Origin: Isurus oxyrinchus
Lineage: Eukaryota
Direction of reading: 5' to 3'
Assembly (NCBI GenBank): GCA_026770705.1
Contig: JANJGN010000052.1
Span: 1,054,001-1,118,000, forward strand
DNA length: 64,000 bases
The translations under genes were made by a program, and so were the position numbers. The notes beneath the pieces were generated by a model that was given only the letters and a program-made list of their open reading frames with translations, was not told where the DNA came from and searched no databases. Each line of letters opens with the position of its first letter. Within the stretch, counting starts at the first letter, position 1. Positions 48,726 to 61,430 of the stretch are shown here, piece by piece.

Positions 48726-50313
48726 ATCAAAGTGACAGAGCAGCTCATGTTTTGAGATGTTGGTGAACTGTTAACCCGTTGTATCCTGACCCTGTGGTGA
48801 TATTTCTGCTCACTGATGGACACTCATTAACCAGGAGTTTCTCCTGTGGGTAAGTGGTTTTCACACCCGAACTCAGGGAGTCAGTATGTTGTAGAATTTT
48901 GTGGGGTTCAAGACCCCATTCAGCAGATGCCTGCCCCACAGTGCAGACTGAAATTCCCCAGTGTCAGTACTGAGGGAGTGCTGCACTGTCAGAGGGTCAG
49001 GACTGAACGAGTGCTGCACAGTCAGAGGTTCAGTACTGAGGGAGTGCTATACTGTCAGAGGGGCAGTACTGAGGGAGTGCTGCACTGTTGGAGGGTCAGT
49101 ACTGAGGGAGTGCTACACTGTCAGAGGGACAGTACTGAGGGAGTGCTGCATTGTCGGAGGGTCAGTGCTGAGGGAGTTCTACACTGTCAAAGGGACAGTA
49201 TTGAGGGAGTGCTGCACTGTCGGAGGGTCAGTACTGAAGGGGTGCTGTGCTCTCGGAGGGTCAGTACTGAGAGTGCTGCACTGTCAGAGGGACAGTATTG
49301 AGGGAGTGCTAATCTGTCGGAGAGACAGATTTGAGGGAGTGTTGCACTGTCAGAGGGACAGTACTGAGGAATTGTTACACTGTTGGGGGGTCAGTACTGA
49401 GGGAGTGCTACACTGTCAGAGGGACAGTACTGAGGGCGTGCTGCACTGTCAGAGGGTCAGTACTGAGGGAGTGCTACACTGTCAGGGGGTCAGTACTGAG
49501 GGAGTGCTGCACTGTCAGAGGGTCAGTACTGAGGGAGTGCTGCACTGTCAGGGGGTGAGTACATTGCGATTCCTGCTCTGCTCTATCAGCCCCTTGGCTG
49601 GACATAAAAGCCCCTGTGTTAATGTTCAGAAACGGTTATTAATTGTATTCTGGTCACCATTTTATTTAAAAAACAGATTATCTGATTGTCATCAGAATAC
49701 CTTTCTATGGGATCCTGCTGTGCGTAATCTAGACTGTTCCAGCGAATGCATAATGAAGGGTGTCCGTTCTTACCTTGTACAGTTAGTACGAGGGTCCGCT
49801 CCGATGAAACAGATGGATATCTCACTCTGCAGATGAGAATGTGTCCGTGGTGTTTGAGTGATGAGATCAGGGTCAGAACAGAAGTATAGGACAGAGTGAC
49901 ACCATGCTGAGTTACAGTGTTTGAGACTGATCCAGGTACGTCAGTGGGAGTGTCCCAGGTTAAGACAGGTGCTGCTGTTCCATTGCACGTTGTGTTGAAG
50001 GTGCAGCTTACATCCACACGCTTTCCTGCAATAATTTCAGCAGGGAATATCGTGGTTTTATCTGTGAAATCTAACAGACAGAGAATGGATCCTTTTAGAG
50101 AAATATAACGTGAAGCATCAGTTCAAATAGAAATCACAGCCCTAAGATTAGAGATAGATGGGAGTGGATGACCTGATAACATTGATGGACACAGTCAATA
50201 CATTTAATCATTGATATTAAAGTGAGTATTAGAGGTTGCTTTTGGACTGAATGGAAGCTATCACCAGGTTATTGAGAATCAGACTCTGCGTTATACTAAA
50301 CTGTGTTTTATGT

Positions 50314-51037
50314 TGTGATGAAACTGTGATGTTTTTCAGAATAATATTGTCGGCTTATGGGAATGAATCTTGATGGTTCCGTCTGTGGGTCTGATTTAAT
50401 TGAATTCGAGTCAGATCAACTGTGAGGTTAAAATTATCAATAGAGTTTGGTGCAAAGCAGACTTCTGAAATGGGGATGGACAAGCTAGGATGAGGGTTCC
50501 ACAGAAAAGCTGTAAATGAAATTTTAGATCAGTAAAGAGAATGTTTGATTGTCAAAGGGTAGTTGGGTGTTTATAATTAACAAGATAACCAGGGCAAGGT
50601 TATTATGTGTGTACTTCCCAAAAGGAATGGGCCATATTGACAACATGAAAGATTTTTATATTATGGGAAAAGTGTATTTCCCAAGACAGGTGCAACAATG
50701 GGATTTTATACAATGGAGAGAGAGAAACCAACATAAAGAAGGATGGAATGTTATGTGGGAGGGGGACATGAATTTCATGAAAGGAACAGTAGGTGAAGCA
50801 GCCTTGGGTAAAACGTTTCTGTTCACTTTTGCTGCTCCAGTACTTAAAGGTGTGTTAAAAGACTTTGGAATTACACTGTCAAGTGGGTGCTGCAGTAACC
50901 TTGCCGGATTCCCATTTCCATTTAAGATTTATTGGGATTGTTGCCTTCAAGGGGGTGTGTAGTTGGAAATTATGCTTGGCCAAGTTCCCTTTGTGGATTC
51001 ACTCCACCTGGCACACATCACCTGCCATGTCATAACA
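50314..51037 (+). mobile_element. Solo LTR in pseudogene E intron
   Basis: TGTGATGA...GTCATAACA with a ~4-bp TSD (ATGT/GTGT). Absent at the homologous site in genes B and C. Confidence 0.8.
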
Positions 51038-52746
51038 GTGTTATTATGTAAACGTCAGAGTTTGTGTTCATTCCCATTGAGTGTTGAATGTGAATTGTTG
51101 AGTAATTATAACACCGCACATACCAGAAATGTGAAGCCGGGTTACAGGGTAATAGTTATGGCTCGGAGCATTGTCAAATTTTATGCTGAAAAAATAAGGT
51201 CCTGCATCTTCCCGTCTGATGTTGTTTATAATCAGTGAACAGTCGCCATCTTTCAGGTCTCCAGACAGCCGGGTCCGATGCTGGAACAGTGGTAACTCAC
51301 GATTATTATCCTTGGAGTGAAAGGCTATAAAGAATCTTATCAAGACTTTGTCATTAAATCAGATTCCAATTTGCGGTTGGTTTTCCAGACACGATGGGTA
51401 GCTGTAATGACATGGAATCTGTACACACGAATATTCCTGCGCTGTCACCTCTCGTGGAGTGTCACCTTTCCACTCTTGTGACAGTCCAACTGGGGAGAGA
51501 AATATCAATATTTAACTCTGGATGTTTTGTAGCTTCACTAGACTCGATATCCACCCCATCCTTCACTGGGGCACAGTGGCTGCTGTGTGGACCATCTACA
51601 GGACACACAAGGAACTCCCCAAGGTTTCACAATGGATGGAAGAGAATCCTGGACACAGGAGTGGACAATTTCATTCTACATTGGCTCATGGTTCTCAGGA
51701 CCCTGTTTAGTGAAGCCAGTCTTCCACCCAACACAGTGTCTACAAGATACACAGGGAAACTGTGTAAATATCTCATCTCTCTACACTGACGGTTTACCTT
51801 TCAGTTAATTCATTTCGTTATGGTGAAACTGTGCAAGAAGTGTGAGGGCTGGACCCTCTGTCTATTCTGAATGCTGCTGTGATGTAATCATGGCCTCTCA
51901 GGGAATGGACTATTGGAGTTTATTCATCCCTGAATTTTGATTTTGAATTCCAGAGCTCGGGGCCCAGGCAGCTGAAGGCACGGCCGCCAATAATGGAATG
52001 ATGGGAATCGGGGGATGGTCAAGACGCTGGAATTGGAGGAGTGCAGAGATCTCGGAGGGTTGTAGGTACTGGAGGAGATTACAGAAATAGGGAGGGTTGT
52101 AATGGTGGACGAGGTTACAGAGAAAGGGAGGTTTGTCGGGGCTGGAGAAATTAACAGAGATAGCGAAGGATATAGGGGCTGGAGTTGGTTATAGAGTTAG
52201 GGAGAGTGGGTAGGGGCTGGAGGAGGTTACTGAGATAGGGAGGATTGTAGGAGCAGGGCAAGGTTACAGAGGTAGGGAGTAATATATGTGCTGGAAGATT
52301 TTATAGAGATAGGGAGGTTGGTATGGGCTGGAGGAGGTAACATGGATAGGGAGAGTTGCAAAATTTTGGAGGGATTTCTACAGGATGACCTGGATTTTAA
52401 TTTTCTGTTGCTGTCAGACAGGGAGTCAGTGAATATCAGTGATCACAGGGGTGATGGGTGAATGGGACTTGGTGTGAGTTTATACACTGGCTCACTGCTG
52501 AATCGGTTCCCAATCACAGCTCAATAAGAATAATCTTTTACAAAGACTATTAACCATAAATCTGTCCAAGCTGACGATGATATTACCTTGGAGAACTGAC
52601 AGGAGGAAGTAAGATTTTCCAATCATTGTCCACTAGCATGATATTTCATCAGCTTCTCACTCTCAAGCTGTGAAAGAGAAAGGAGTTAATGAGACCTCAC
52701 CTCTTGTCCGACAGCTCTTGAGAGATCAGCACAGCTTTTAGATAAT

Positions 52747-53388
52747 GGGCAGAGTTTCGCTGTCGGTGAGCAGGGGGCAGGGGTGCAGTGAAATCAGCTG
52801 AGGGCCCGCCAACCTGTCAATGGCCAATTGAAGCCATTGACAGGAACATTTAAACAATGAACCGACCTGCCGGTCCAACCTTAAGGCTGGTGGGCAGGGC
52901 AGGATCTCCAGCGACAACTAGAGAAAACATGAAACCTCATCCACCGGCGGGACGAGGATTCATGTCGGTTTTAAAAGAGTTTATTAAAGTTTTGGTGCAG
53001 TTTATTAACATGTCCCATCTCGAGTGACATTGTCACGTGAGGGGGACATGTTGAGGATTTTTTTATTTTTCTATTTTGATTGTTTGAAAACCTTTCAGCG
53101 ATCTCCTTGAGGCAGCACTTAGCCTCAGGGTGATGTGGGCTTTATCATGCGCATGTGTGACAGAGCGCACTCTCGCATTTGGGGAATGTCCCCACCCCCA
53201 CCCCCACCCCCACCCCCGGCCCACACAGGAAGGGCATAGCGCTTCCCGCCGGACATCACGCTGGGTGGGCCTTAATTGGCACGCCCACTTAAAATGGCGG
53301 CGGGGCCCGCTTCTCCGGTGGGGATTGGCTCCCCGCCCGCTGGAGATTGGGTCAGGCCCACCCACTTGACAGGCTGGAAATTCAGCCC
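52747..53388. mobile_element. PIF/Harbinger-like MITE
   Basis: TIRs GGGCAGAGTTTC / GAAATTCAGCCC with a 3-bp TSD AAT. The empty site TTTAGACAATGTCTT is seen at ~45041 and ~48248. Confidence 0.8.
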
Positions 53389-55000
53389 AATGTCTTTACA
53401 GACTAATTTGATTCTCTGTGGGATGATAGGTGCTCTGCAGAGAGTTACAAGGCTTTAAGAAAGAAAAACAATGAAAGACTTGCGTTTCTATAGCACCTTT
53501 CACCACCTCAGGACGCCCCCAAGCTCATGTCCCTGCACTTCCCTCATCCCTTGAGCTAGAAAGATTTTCTGTACAACAGACTTGAACCTCACACCCAGAT
53601 CTCAATAATCAGTAGAAATCTTTCAAAGGCATCAATCATTGGAATCTGTCTTTATAAAGTCACAACATCAACAAAGGACGGTATTGGTGTTGGAAGTGAA
53701 TTCCAATCGTTCCGTTACTTACCCAGGACCTGTCCGACTGCTCGCCTGGGGAGGAACTGCCCACACGCTCTGCTTGGGCTGAATGACCTCTTCCTGTGCT
53801 GCCCCCTCTGTGTGTTTAATGAGAAAGGGTTGCTGTGTCTCTGTGAGACAAAATGGGGAAGTAGCAAAGGAGTGAGTAAACAGGCAGTAGGAATGAGTGC
53901 GTAATTTCACAATGCGTTACAACAGAATCAAACTGTTGGCAATTCATCATGACTCTGTGATCTTTCTGTTTGCTGTTTGTTAACTTCAAATTTCTACCAT
54001 GGCTCTGAGGGTTTATATTTAAAAATGCTGTTGGAGGATAAATACTCAGCATGTTCTGCACTGTCAGAGGGTCAGTATTGTTGGAGTACTACCCTGTCAG
54101 AGGGTCAGTATTGAGGCAGTGCTGCACTGTTGGTGCATCAGTACTGAGGTGTGCTGCACTGATGGAGGATAAGCAGCGAGGGAGTGCTGCCCTGTTTGAG
54201 GGACAGCTCTGAGGGAGTTCTGCACTGTTGGCGGGTCAGAACTGAGGGAGTGCTGCACTGTTGGTGGGTCTAAACTGAGTGAGTGCTGCACTGTCGGCCG
54301 GTCAGAACTGAGGTAGTGCTGCACTGTTGGAGGGTCTAAACTGAGAGAGTGCTGCACCATTGGAGGGTCTGAACTGAGGGAGTGCTGCACTGTTGGAAGG
54401 TATAAACTGAGGGATTGCTGCACTGTAGGAGGGTCTAAACTGACGGAGTGCTGCACTGTCGGAGGGTCTGAACTGAGGGAGTGCTGCACTGCTGGAGGGT
54501 CTAAACTGAGGGAGTGCTGCACTGTTGGAGGGTCTGAACTGAGGGAGTGCTGCACTGCTGGAGGGTCTAAACTGAGGGAGTGCTGCACTGTTGGAGGGTC
54601 TAAACTGAGGGAGTGCTGCACTGTTGGAGGGTCTGAACAGAGGGAGTACTGCACTGTCTAAAATACATTGCACAAATTGCACAAAATTGCATCTGATGTC
54701 AGTGTCTGATGCACACATGAAGTTCATGCATTTATCAGGAATATTTCTCTCTCTTTCTGAGCAGCAAGGCAGCTTTGATATCACACCACCTACTGGCAAT
54801 TGTGTGCAGCTGCAATGTGACATGTTTACATTGAAAATTTCCATTATAAAGATGGGCACAGGAATTCATCTGACTGGAAAAAGTGACAACATGAAGTAAT
54901 GTCTTTGAGCCAAGAATCTGGCAGCAAAATAAGAATTTTAATCCATAAGTATCTACAGAACAGGCTGAACATTTTAATCACTTGAGTTAATCAATGTAAT

Positions 55001-55006
55001 TTTATT
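55001..55006 (-). terminator. Putative polyadenylation signal of gene C
   Basis: AATAAA on the minus strand at the end of the conserved 3' UTR block. Confidence 0.5.
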
Positions 55007-55359
55007 CATAACCCAAATGCTTCTTACAATCTATCGCAGCATGAAAAAGGTGCAGCATTCAGAAAGCACATTCCAATCAGAGAACAGAGTTTAGCAACGT
55101 CACATTTCTGTTCATTCCTATTCGACCATGTTGGCTGCACACAGCCAGACAATGCCGTGGTTATGATGTGTCCACACAGCAGGACTGGGGAGCACCAGGT
55201 ATAAGGAAAAGTTTCAGCTTGCTGAGGAGAAGAAGGAGAATCTCTCGTTCCAGGTTTCTCTCCGTACATTAAGAAGCAGGCATGCCGATGTTTCATTGCA
55301 CTCTGTCTGCTGATGGGAGTCCGCTTGGAAATTGCTGTTTGTGCTGATGGAAAGAATAA

Positions 55360-55965
55360 GCTTTTCATAAATCGAGGGATTGAGTACAAACACAGGGAGG
55401 TTATGCTGAACATTTATAAAGCTCTGGTTAGGTCACAACTAGAGTATTGTGTCCAGTTCTGGTCTCCTCACTTTGGGAAGGAAGTGAGGGTCCTTGAGAG
55501 GGTGGGGAGGAGATTGAGCAGAATGGGTCCAGGGATGAGGGATTTTAGCTACAAGGTTGGGTTGGAGAAGCTGGGGTTGTTCTCCTTGGAGCAAAGGAGA
55601 TTGAGGGGGGATCTGATCGAGGTGTACAAGATGATAATGGGTTTAGATAATGTAAACAAAGACAAGCTGTTGCCATTAGCTGATGGGACAAGGACTGGGG
55701 GACACAGATTGAAGGTTTTGGGCAGAGGGGGATGTGAGGAGGAACTTTTTTACACAGCGAGAGGTTATGAGCTGGAACTCGCTGCCTACGAGGATGGTGG
55801 AAGTGGAGACGATGAACGATTTCAAAAGGAAATTGGACGGACAATTGGAAATAAACTTGCAGAGATACAGGGATAGAGAGGGGGAATGGGACTGAGTGAA
55901 TTGCTCTACAGAGAGACAGCATGGACTCAATGGGCTGAATGGGCTCCCACTGTGCTGGAATGCCT
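55360..55965 (+). mobile_element. CR1 LINE 3' fragment (paralog of 1262-1870)
   Basis: LEYCVQFWSPH and LGLFSLEQRRLRGDLIEVYK. Confidence 0.9.
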
Positions 55966-56078
55966 CTCTGATATGAAGGTGATTCTAACCAGGACACTGA
56001 CCAGTTTCATTACAACTTAACCCAACATCACACGTTATTTGTCCGCACTGACTGACCAGATTGTTGCTGTACAAAGCT

Positions 56079-56218
56079 TCAAACAGTCTGTCGACTTCCT
56101 TTCACTGTTTGTCTCTCCCAGACACAGACTCCAGCGATAGTGATAACCACAGCCACAAGGAATATCACAGCTCGTATTCCCAGGATCAGGATCACGTGCA
56201 GAATCTCTCCTCCACTGT
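56079..56218 (-). CDS. Gene C terminal coding exon: TM with Arg + short tyrosine-free tail (activating type)
   Basis: Phase-1 join to D3 (GAA T|AC) reads YSGGEILHVILILGIRAVIFLVAVVITIAGVCVWERQTVKGSRQTV*. The Arg codon is at 56172-56174. Confidence 0.85.
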
Positions 56219-57922
56219 CTAGAGAACACACAGAAAGAAATCATCACTGACTCTCCGCTTTCAATCTCTCACTCTGGCTGAACAATCAAGCTTCATATCA
56301 CTGCAACATTTGCTGTAATATTGACCCATCCACTGGGATTCAATGTGGAATGAATGTTTTCATTGTAAACACTCTAAGAGTGGACAATCGGAACTTTCCC
56401 CTTAGCGTGGAACATTGGTGAGAATGGATCATTGTGCTGTTGGACTCCCTGTCCAATGTTTCTCTCCATCGCTGTGTACAGGATTGTGCTGTAGAAAATT
56501 CTGGAAATGTTTAGTGCAGGGTGGAAATCCATCTCGGACGTGTGTGCGAATCGGGCAGGATCGAGATGGACTCCCCCATGGACTTACACACCCCGCTTAA
56601 TAAACAGTTCCAATCTTTACCCAGAGAGAGAGGAGAATGTGGAACTCACTCCCACAGGGACTGGTTGAGGTGAACAGTATCGATGTATTTAAGGGGCAGG
56701 AGGGTCGGTAACCAGAGGGACACAGGTTGACGAACCGGAGGGGGAGATGAGGAGAATTTGTTTTGACAGAGCGAGTTGTTGTGATCTGGAAGGTTCTGCC
56801 TGAAAGGGCGGTGGAAGCAGATTCAATAGGAACTTTCAAAAGGGAAATTGGATAAACACTTGAAGGAAGAAGATGGGGGCAAAGTGGAGTGGTGGTTAGT
56901 GGATCTGATTGGATAGAACATTGAAAGACCTGGCACAGGCTCAATGGGCTGAATGGCCTCCTCCTGTGCTGTATCATTCTCCGCTTCCATGATCTCTCCC
57001 CCAGTCAGTAACCACTCCAGATCCCTCTTGAAGGTGACAGAGAAACAGCAACCACCACACCCACTGACAGCACATTCCCGAGGATCCCTACTCTCTGGGA
57101 AAAGATGAACTCCCCAACATCCAGCCTATTCCTGCTTCCTGGAGAGTGTAAACCCTTCCCAGAGCGCGGATGAACCTTTCAATAAACTGTATCATCAAAT
57201 CTACCATTTGATATATAAGTTAATTTTGATGACCTTACAGCATGTGTAGCAAATTGTGAAGTGAAGTTGGCTGAAAAGCTGGGAGGTGCAAGGTTAAGCA
57301 CCACAGTGCCACCACTGGTGGGAGGATGTAAAGAAAGTGTGACGTTTACATAGGATGCCCCCATTATAAACAGGGTCATTGGACATGATGGCAAAACTGA
57401 ACACTGGAAAGGTGAGAAAATGAAGTAAGCTCTTCACTAACAGGAAATCCCTTGCTAAACTTTCTTATCTCTCCCTTTCTCTCAGATACACAAAATATTT
57501 GACACAGGGCATTATAAGGAGGAGTTAGGACAGGCAAGAGTTAGGGATTAGGAAGCTTCTTAAAGGAGGAGAGAGATACACGGAGAGGTGGGGAGTATCT
57601 GTTGGAATCTTTGTGCATGTGAGTTTCTGGAATAGACTTTGTAATTTGGATATTCTTCGATAAATATGAATGGGAACACAAATCCCAGAATCCAGGAGAA
57701 CTCTCCAGTGCAGTACTGAGGGAGGTCAGGTAACTCACAGGGGAGTGTGTACTACTGTGTTAGTGTGTGAGTGTGTCTTTCTGTGTGCTCATGAGTGTGG
57801 GATTGTGTGTGTGCATGCACTTTGGGTCTGTACATTTGTGAGTGCTTGTGTGTGTGTGTGGGAGAGCATCTGAGTATATGTGTTTGGAGATGAGAGAAAT
57901 ATTAAAGTCTGTGTACACTCAC

Positions 57923-58204
57923 ATTCCACAGTGATGGTTATGAACCCCTCCATTGCTCCATGTTCATTCTCTGCCACACACTGATATTCTCCAGTGTCCC
58001 TGGATGTAACATGAGGAATCACCAACCACAGCTCATTGTTGGAACTTGTTCTGTTCATTGGGACATTAAGATGTCGCCACATCAGGTTAGAAGCTGGGGA
58101 GCTCTCGACAGAGCAGATTATCACTGCAGAATTCCACTCAATTATACTGATTGATGAAGCGTTAATCATATCTGGAGAAGTAAATGAGAGATTCCGTGGT
58201 GCGT
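57923..58204 (-). CDS. Gene C Ig domain 3
   Basis: 282 nt, phase 1-1. YAPRNLSF...ICSVESSPASNLMW...DTGEYQCVAENEHG...ITVE. Confidence 0.92.
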
Positions 58205-58715
58205 CTAAAAACAAATGCAGATCAGTTAACTTAGACTGACTGTGAAGCACTTTGAAAGACACTGAGAATGTGAAAGGTGTGATGTCAATGTAGGTTCTTT
58301 CACCACATAGCCCGTAATCCAGGCAGACACTTCAGTTCAGTATTGAGGGCGTGCTGCACTGTCAGAGGTTCAGTACTGAGGGAGTGCTGCACTGTCAGAG
58401 AGTCAGTACTGAGGGAGTGCTGCACTGTCAGAGGGTCAGTACTGAGGGAGTGCTGCACTGTAGGAGGGACAGTACTGTGGGAGCGCTGCACTGTAGGAGG
58501 GACAGTACTGTGGGAGCGCTGCACTGTAGGAGGGTTACTGCTGAGGTAAAACTGCACAGTCAGAGCGTCAGTTCTGATTGACCAGTGCAATGTTGGAGGA
58601 GCACTACTGAGGGATCATTACACTATTAGAGAGACAGTAATGAGGGAGTGCTGCACTGTAGAAGGGTCAGTGCTGAGGAGGCAAACACGCTGTTATGTGT
58701 GTACTATAGGCCTCC

Positions 58716-59226
58716 TGTGATAATGTGGAGTGCCAGGTACCTTTAAGAGAATACAAGTGGATAAACCATGTGACAGTACTGACCAATCACTGGACAGTGT
58801 GGGCCACTGGTTAACTGTAAGTCTAGAGCTGGAGGTGGCTGTGGGAGCATGCAAGGATTTAGTGCTCTGCCCTCTGTTACTATAAATAATCAGCTTGTTC
58901 TAATGTCGGTCTCTCTTGGTTATTGATAGCGAGCATCAGGTAAGAAGAACTCAACAGGTCTGGCAGCATCGGGGGAGAAGAAAAGAGTTGATGTTTCGAG
59001 TTCTCGTGACCCTTCGACAGAACTGAGGTCATGAGGACTCGAAACGTCAACACTTTTCTTCTCCGCCGATGCTGCCAGACCTGCTGAGTTTTTCCAGGTA
59101 ACTCTGTTTTTGTATTGGATTTCCAGCATCCGCAGTTTTTTTGTTTTTATCAACTAACAAGTGTATATGAAGGAGTGCAATTCGAGTTTACTCAACCAGT
59201 GAACTCATAGACTCAAGATATAAAAC
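58716..59226 (+). mobile_element. Solo LTR at the site where gene B has the two-LTR Gypsy; interrupted by an inverted Penelope-like repeat (58940-59150)
   Basis: Same flanks (GCAAACAC.CTGTT... / CAACAAACAGTCAGGGAG) as 38496-40480 but only one LTR. Confidence 0.85.
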
Positions 59227-59234
59227 CAACAAAC

Positions 59235-60945
59235 AGTCAGGGAGAGATGGACAATCCAACATTTGATCACATTTCAGAGATGTGTAAGAATAATAAAGCA
59301 GTAATACTCAGGGATTTTAACTACCCAAATATTAACTGGGACAGCTTTAGTGAGCAAGGTAGGGAGGGAGAAAAATTCTGAAGTTGCATCCAGGAGAAGA
59401 TTTTTAGCCTGTGCATAGAAAGCTCAACAAGGGAGGGGACAGTTCTGGACCTAATATATGGAAAAGCGCCGGGGAAGTTGGAAAGCGTATCAGTAGGGGA
59501 GATGGTGACTGTAACTCAATTGGATTTAGGACAGTTATGGAGAAGGATAAGTTTGTGCTGGGAATAAAAATTCTAAACTGGGGAAAGGCTAATTTTACTA
59601 AGATGAGATATGATTGGGCCCAAGTGGACTGGGAGAAGCTCTTTGCAGATAAAACTGTGTCAGAGCAGTGGGAGGCATTCAAGGAGGGAATAGCCAGAGT
59701 ACAGAGCAGATATCTTCCTGTAAAGACAAAGAGGGAGACCAAGTCTGGAGAACCCTGGAAGACAAGGAACATAAAGGTTAGGACTGAGAAAAAAGAGAAG
59801 CTTATGGCAGATACTGAGGGCTCAATACAGCAGAGTCCCTAGAGGAGTATAAATAGTGCAGATGGGAACTGAAAAAGGACATTAGGAAAGATAAGAGAGT
59901 GCATGAGAAAACACTGGTGGGTAGAATAAAGCAAAACCCAGAGGGGTTTTTTAAATATGTAAAGAGCAGCAGAATAACTCGGGAAAGAGTGGGGTTGATT
60001 AGGGACCATCGAGGTAATGTGTGTGGACCTGGAAGACGTGGGTACAGTCCTCAATGAATACTTTGCATCTGTCTTCACAATGGAAAAGGATGATGCAGGT
60101 ATAACATCAGGGTGGAGGGCAGTGAAATATGAGATGAAATTAACACAGAGAGAGGAGGTACTAGTGGGTTTAGCGGCCTGAAAAGTGGATAAATCCACAA
60201 GCCTGGATGAGATGAATCCAAAGATGTTGAGGGAGGAAAGGGAAGAGATATCAGGGGCCCTGGCAGTAATTTTCAAATCCTCTCTGGCCACAGGTGAGGT
60301 GCCAGAGGACTGGAGGATGGCTAATGTTGTCCCATTATTAAAAAATGGAGGAAGGGATAGATCAGGAAATTACAGGCCAGTCAGTCTAACCTCGGTGGTG
60401 GGGAAGTTACTAGTAAGAATTCTGAAGGACAGAATGAATCTGCACAGGGAGAGACAAGGATTAATCTGGGATATTCAGCATGGATTTGTTAAGGGAAGGT
60501 CATGTTTGACAAACCTGATCAAATCTTTTGAGGAGGTAACCAGGAGTGTTGATGAGAGTAATGCCTTTGATGTGGTTGACATGGGCTTAGGAAGGTTTTT
60601 GATAAGGTGCCTCTTGGCAGAGAGGCCAAGAAAGTAAGAGCCCATGGGATCCAAGGCAAAGTGGCACGTTGGATCCAATATTGGCTGAGGCAGGAAGCAG
60701 AGGGTGATGGTGGAGGGATGTTTCTGTGACTGGATGTCTGTTTCCAGTGGGGTTCCACAGGGCTCAGTGCTGGGGCACTTGCTGTTTGTGGTGTATATAA
60801 ATGAATTGGACTTAAATATAGGGGGAATGATCACGACGCAAATAGAATTCAACCTGGAAAAGTGTGAGGTGATGCACTTGGGGAGGGAGTTGCTGACCAG
60901 CATGGACATTGTGGACTAAATGGCCTCCTTCTGTCCTGTAAGTGT
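59235..60945 (+). mobile_element. CR1 LINE (paralog of 40490-42200)
   Basis: Same RT motifs and near-identical sequence. Confidence 0.92.
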
Positions 60946-61133
60946 CTATGAGTCTATGAGTCCATGATGCACTGTCGGAGAGTCAGTATTAAGGATGTAC
61001 TGCCTGTCAGGAGTCACTTTTTACCAGTTAAAGACCAATGGTTTGTTGGTCAACAAAGTGCAGTATGTGGGAGCTTGCTGTGCACATTTGATACTATTCC
61101 AGCTAATGTAGAATGAAGGATGTCCATACTTAC

Positions 61134-61430
61134 ATAGCACAGTCATTACGAGGGTCCGCTTCGATGAAACAGATGGATATCTCACTCTGCAGCTGAGAGT
61201 GTGTCCGTGGTGTTTGAGTGATGGGATCAGGGTCAGAACAGAAGTATGGGTCAGAGTGACACCATGCTGAGTTACAGTGTTTGAGACTGATCCAGGTACG
61301 TCAGTGGGAGTGTCCCAGGTTAAGACAGGTGCTGCTGTTCCATTGCACGTTGTGTTGAAGGTGCAGCTTACATCCACACGCTCTCCTGCAATAATTTCAG
61401 CAGGGAATATCATGGGTTTATCTGTGAAAT
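61134..61430 (-). CDS. Gene C Ig domain 2
   Basis: 297 nt, phase 1-1. DFTDKPMIFPAEIIAGERVDVSCTFNTTCNG...LSCRVRYPSVSSKRTLVMTVL. Confidence 0.93.

Larger units (their letters stand above)
49774..53865 (-). pseudogene. Siglec pseudogene E: signal exon 52587-52626, V exon 51124-51489 (nonsense), D2 exon 49774-50070; no D3/TM
   Basis: The conserved C-strand Trp is TGA (51359-51361). YFFR has become YFFS (51185-51187), and the V donor reads GTatgt. Confidence 0.9.
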
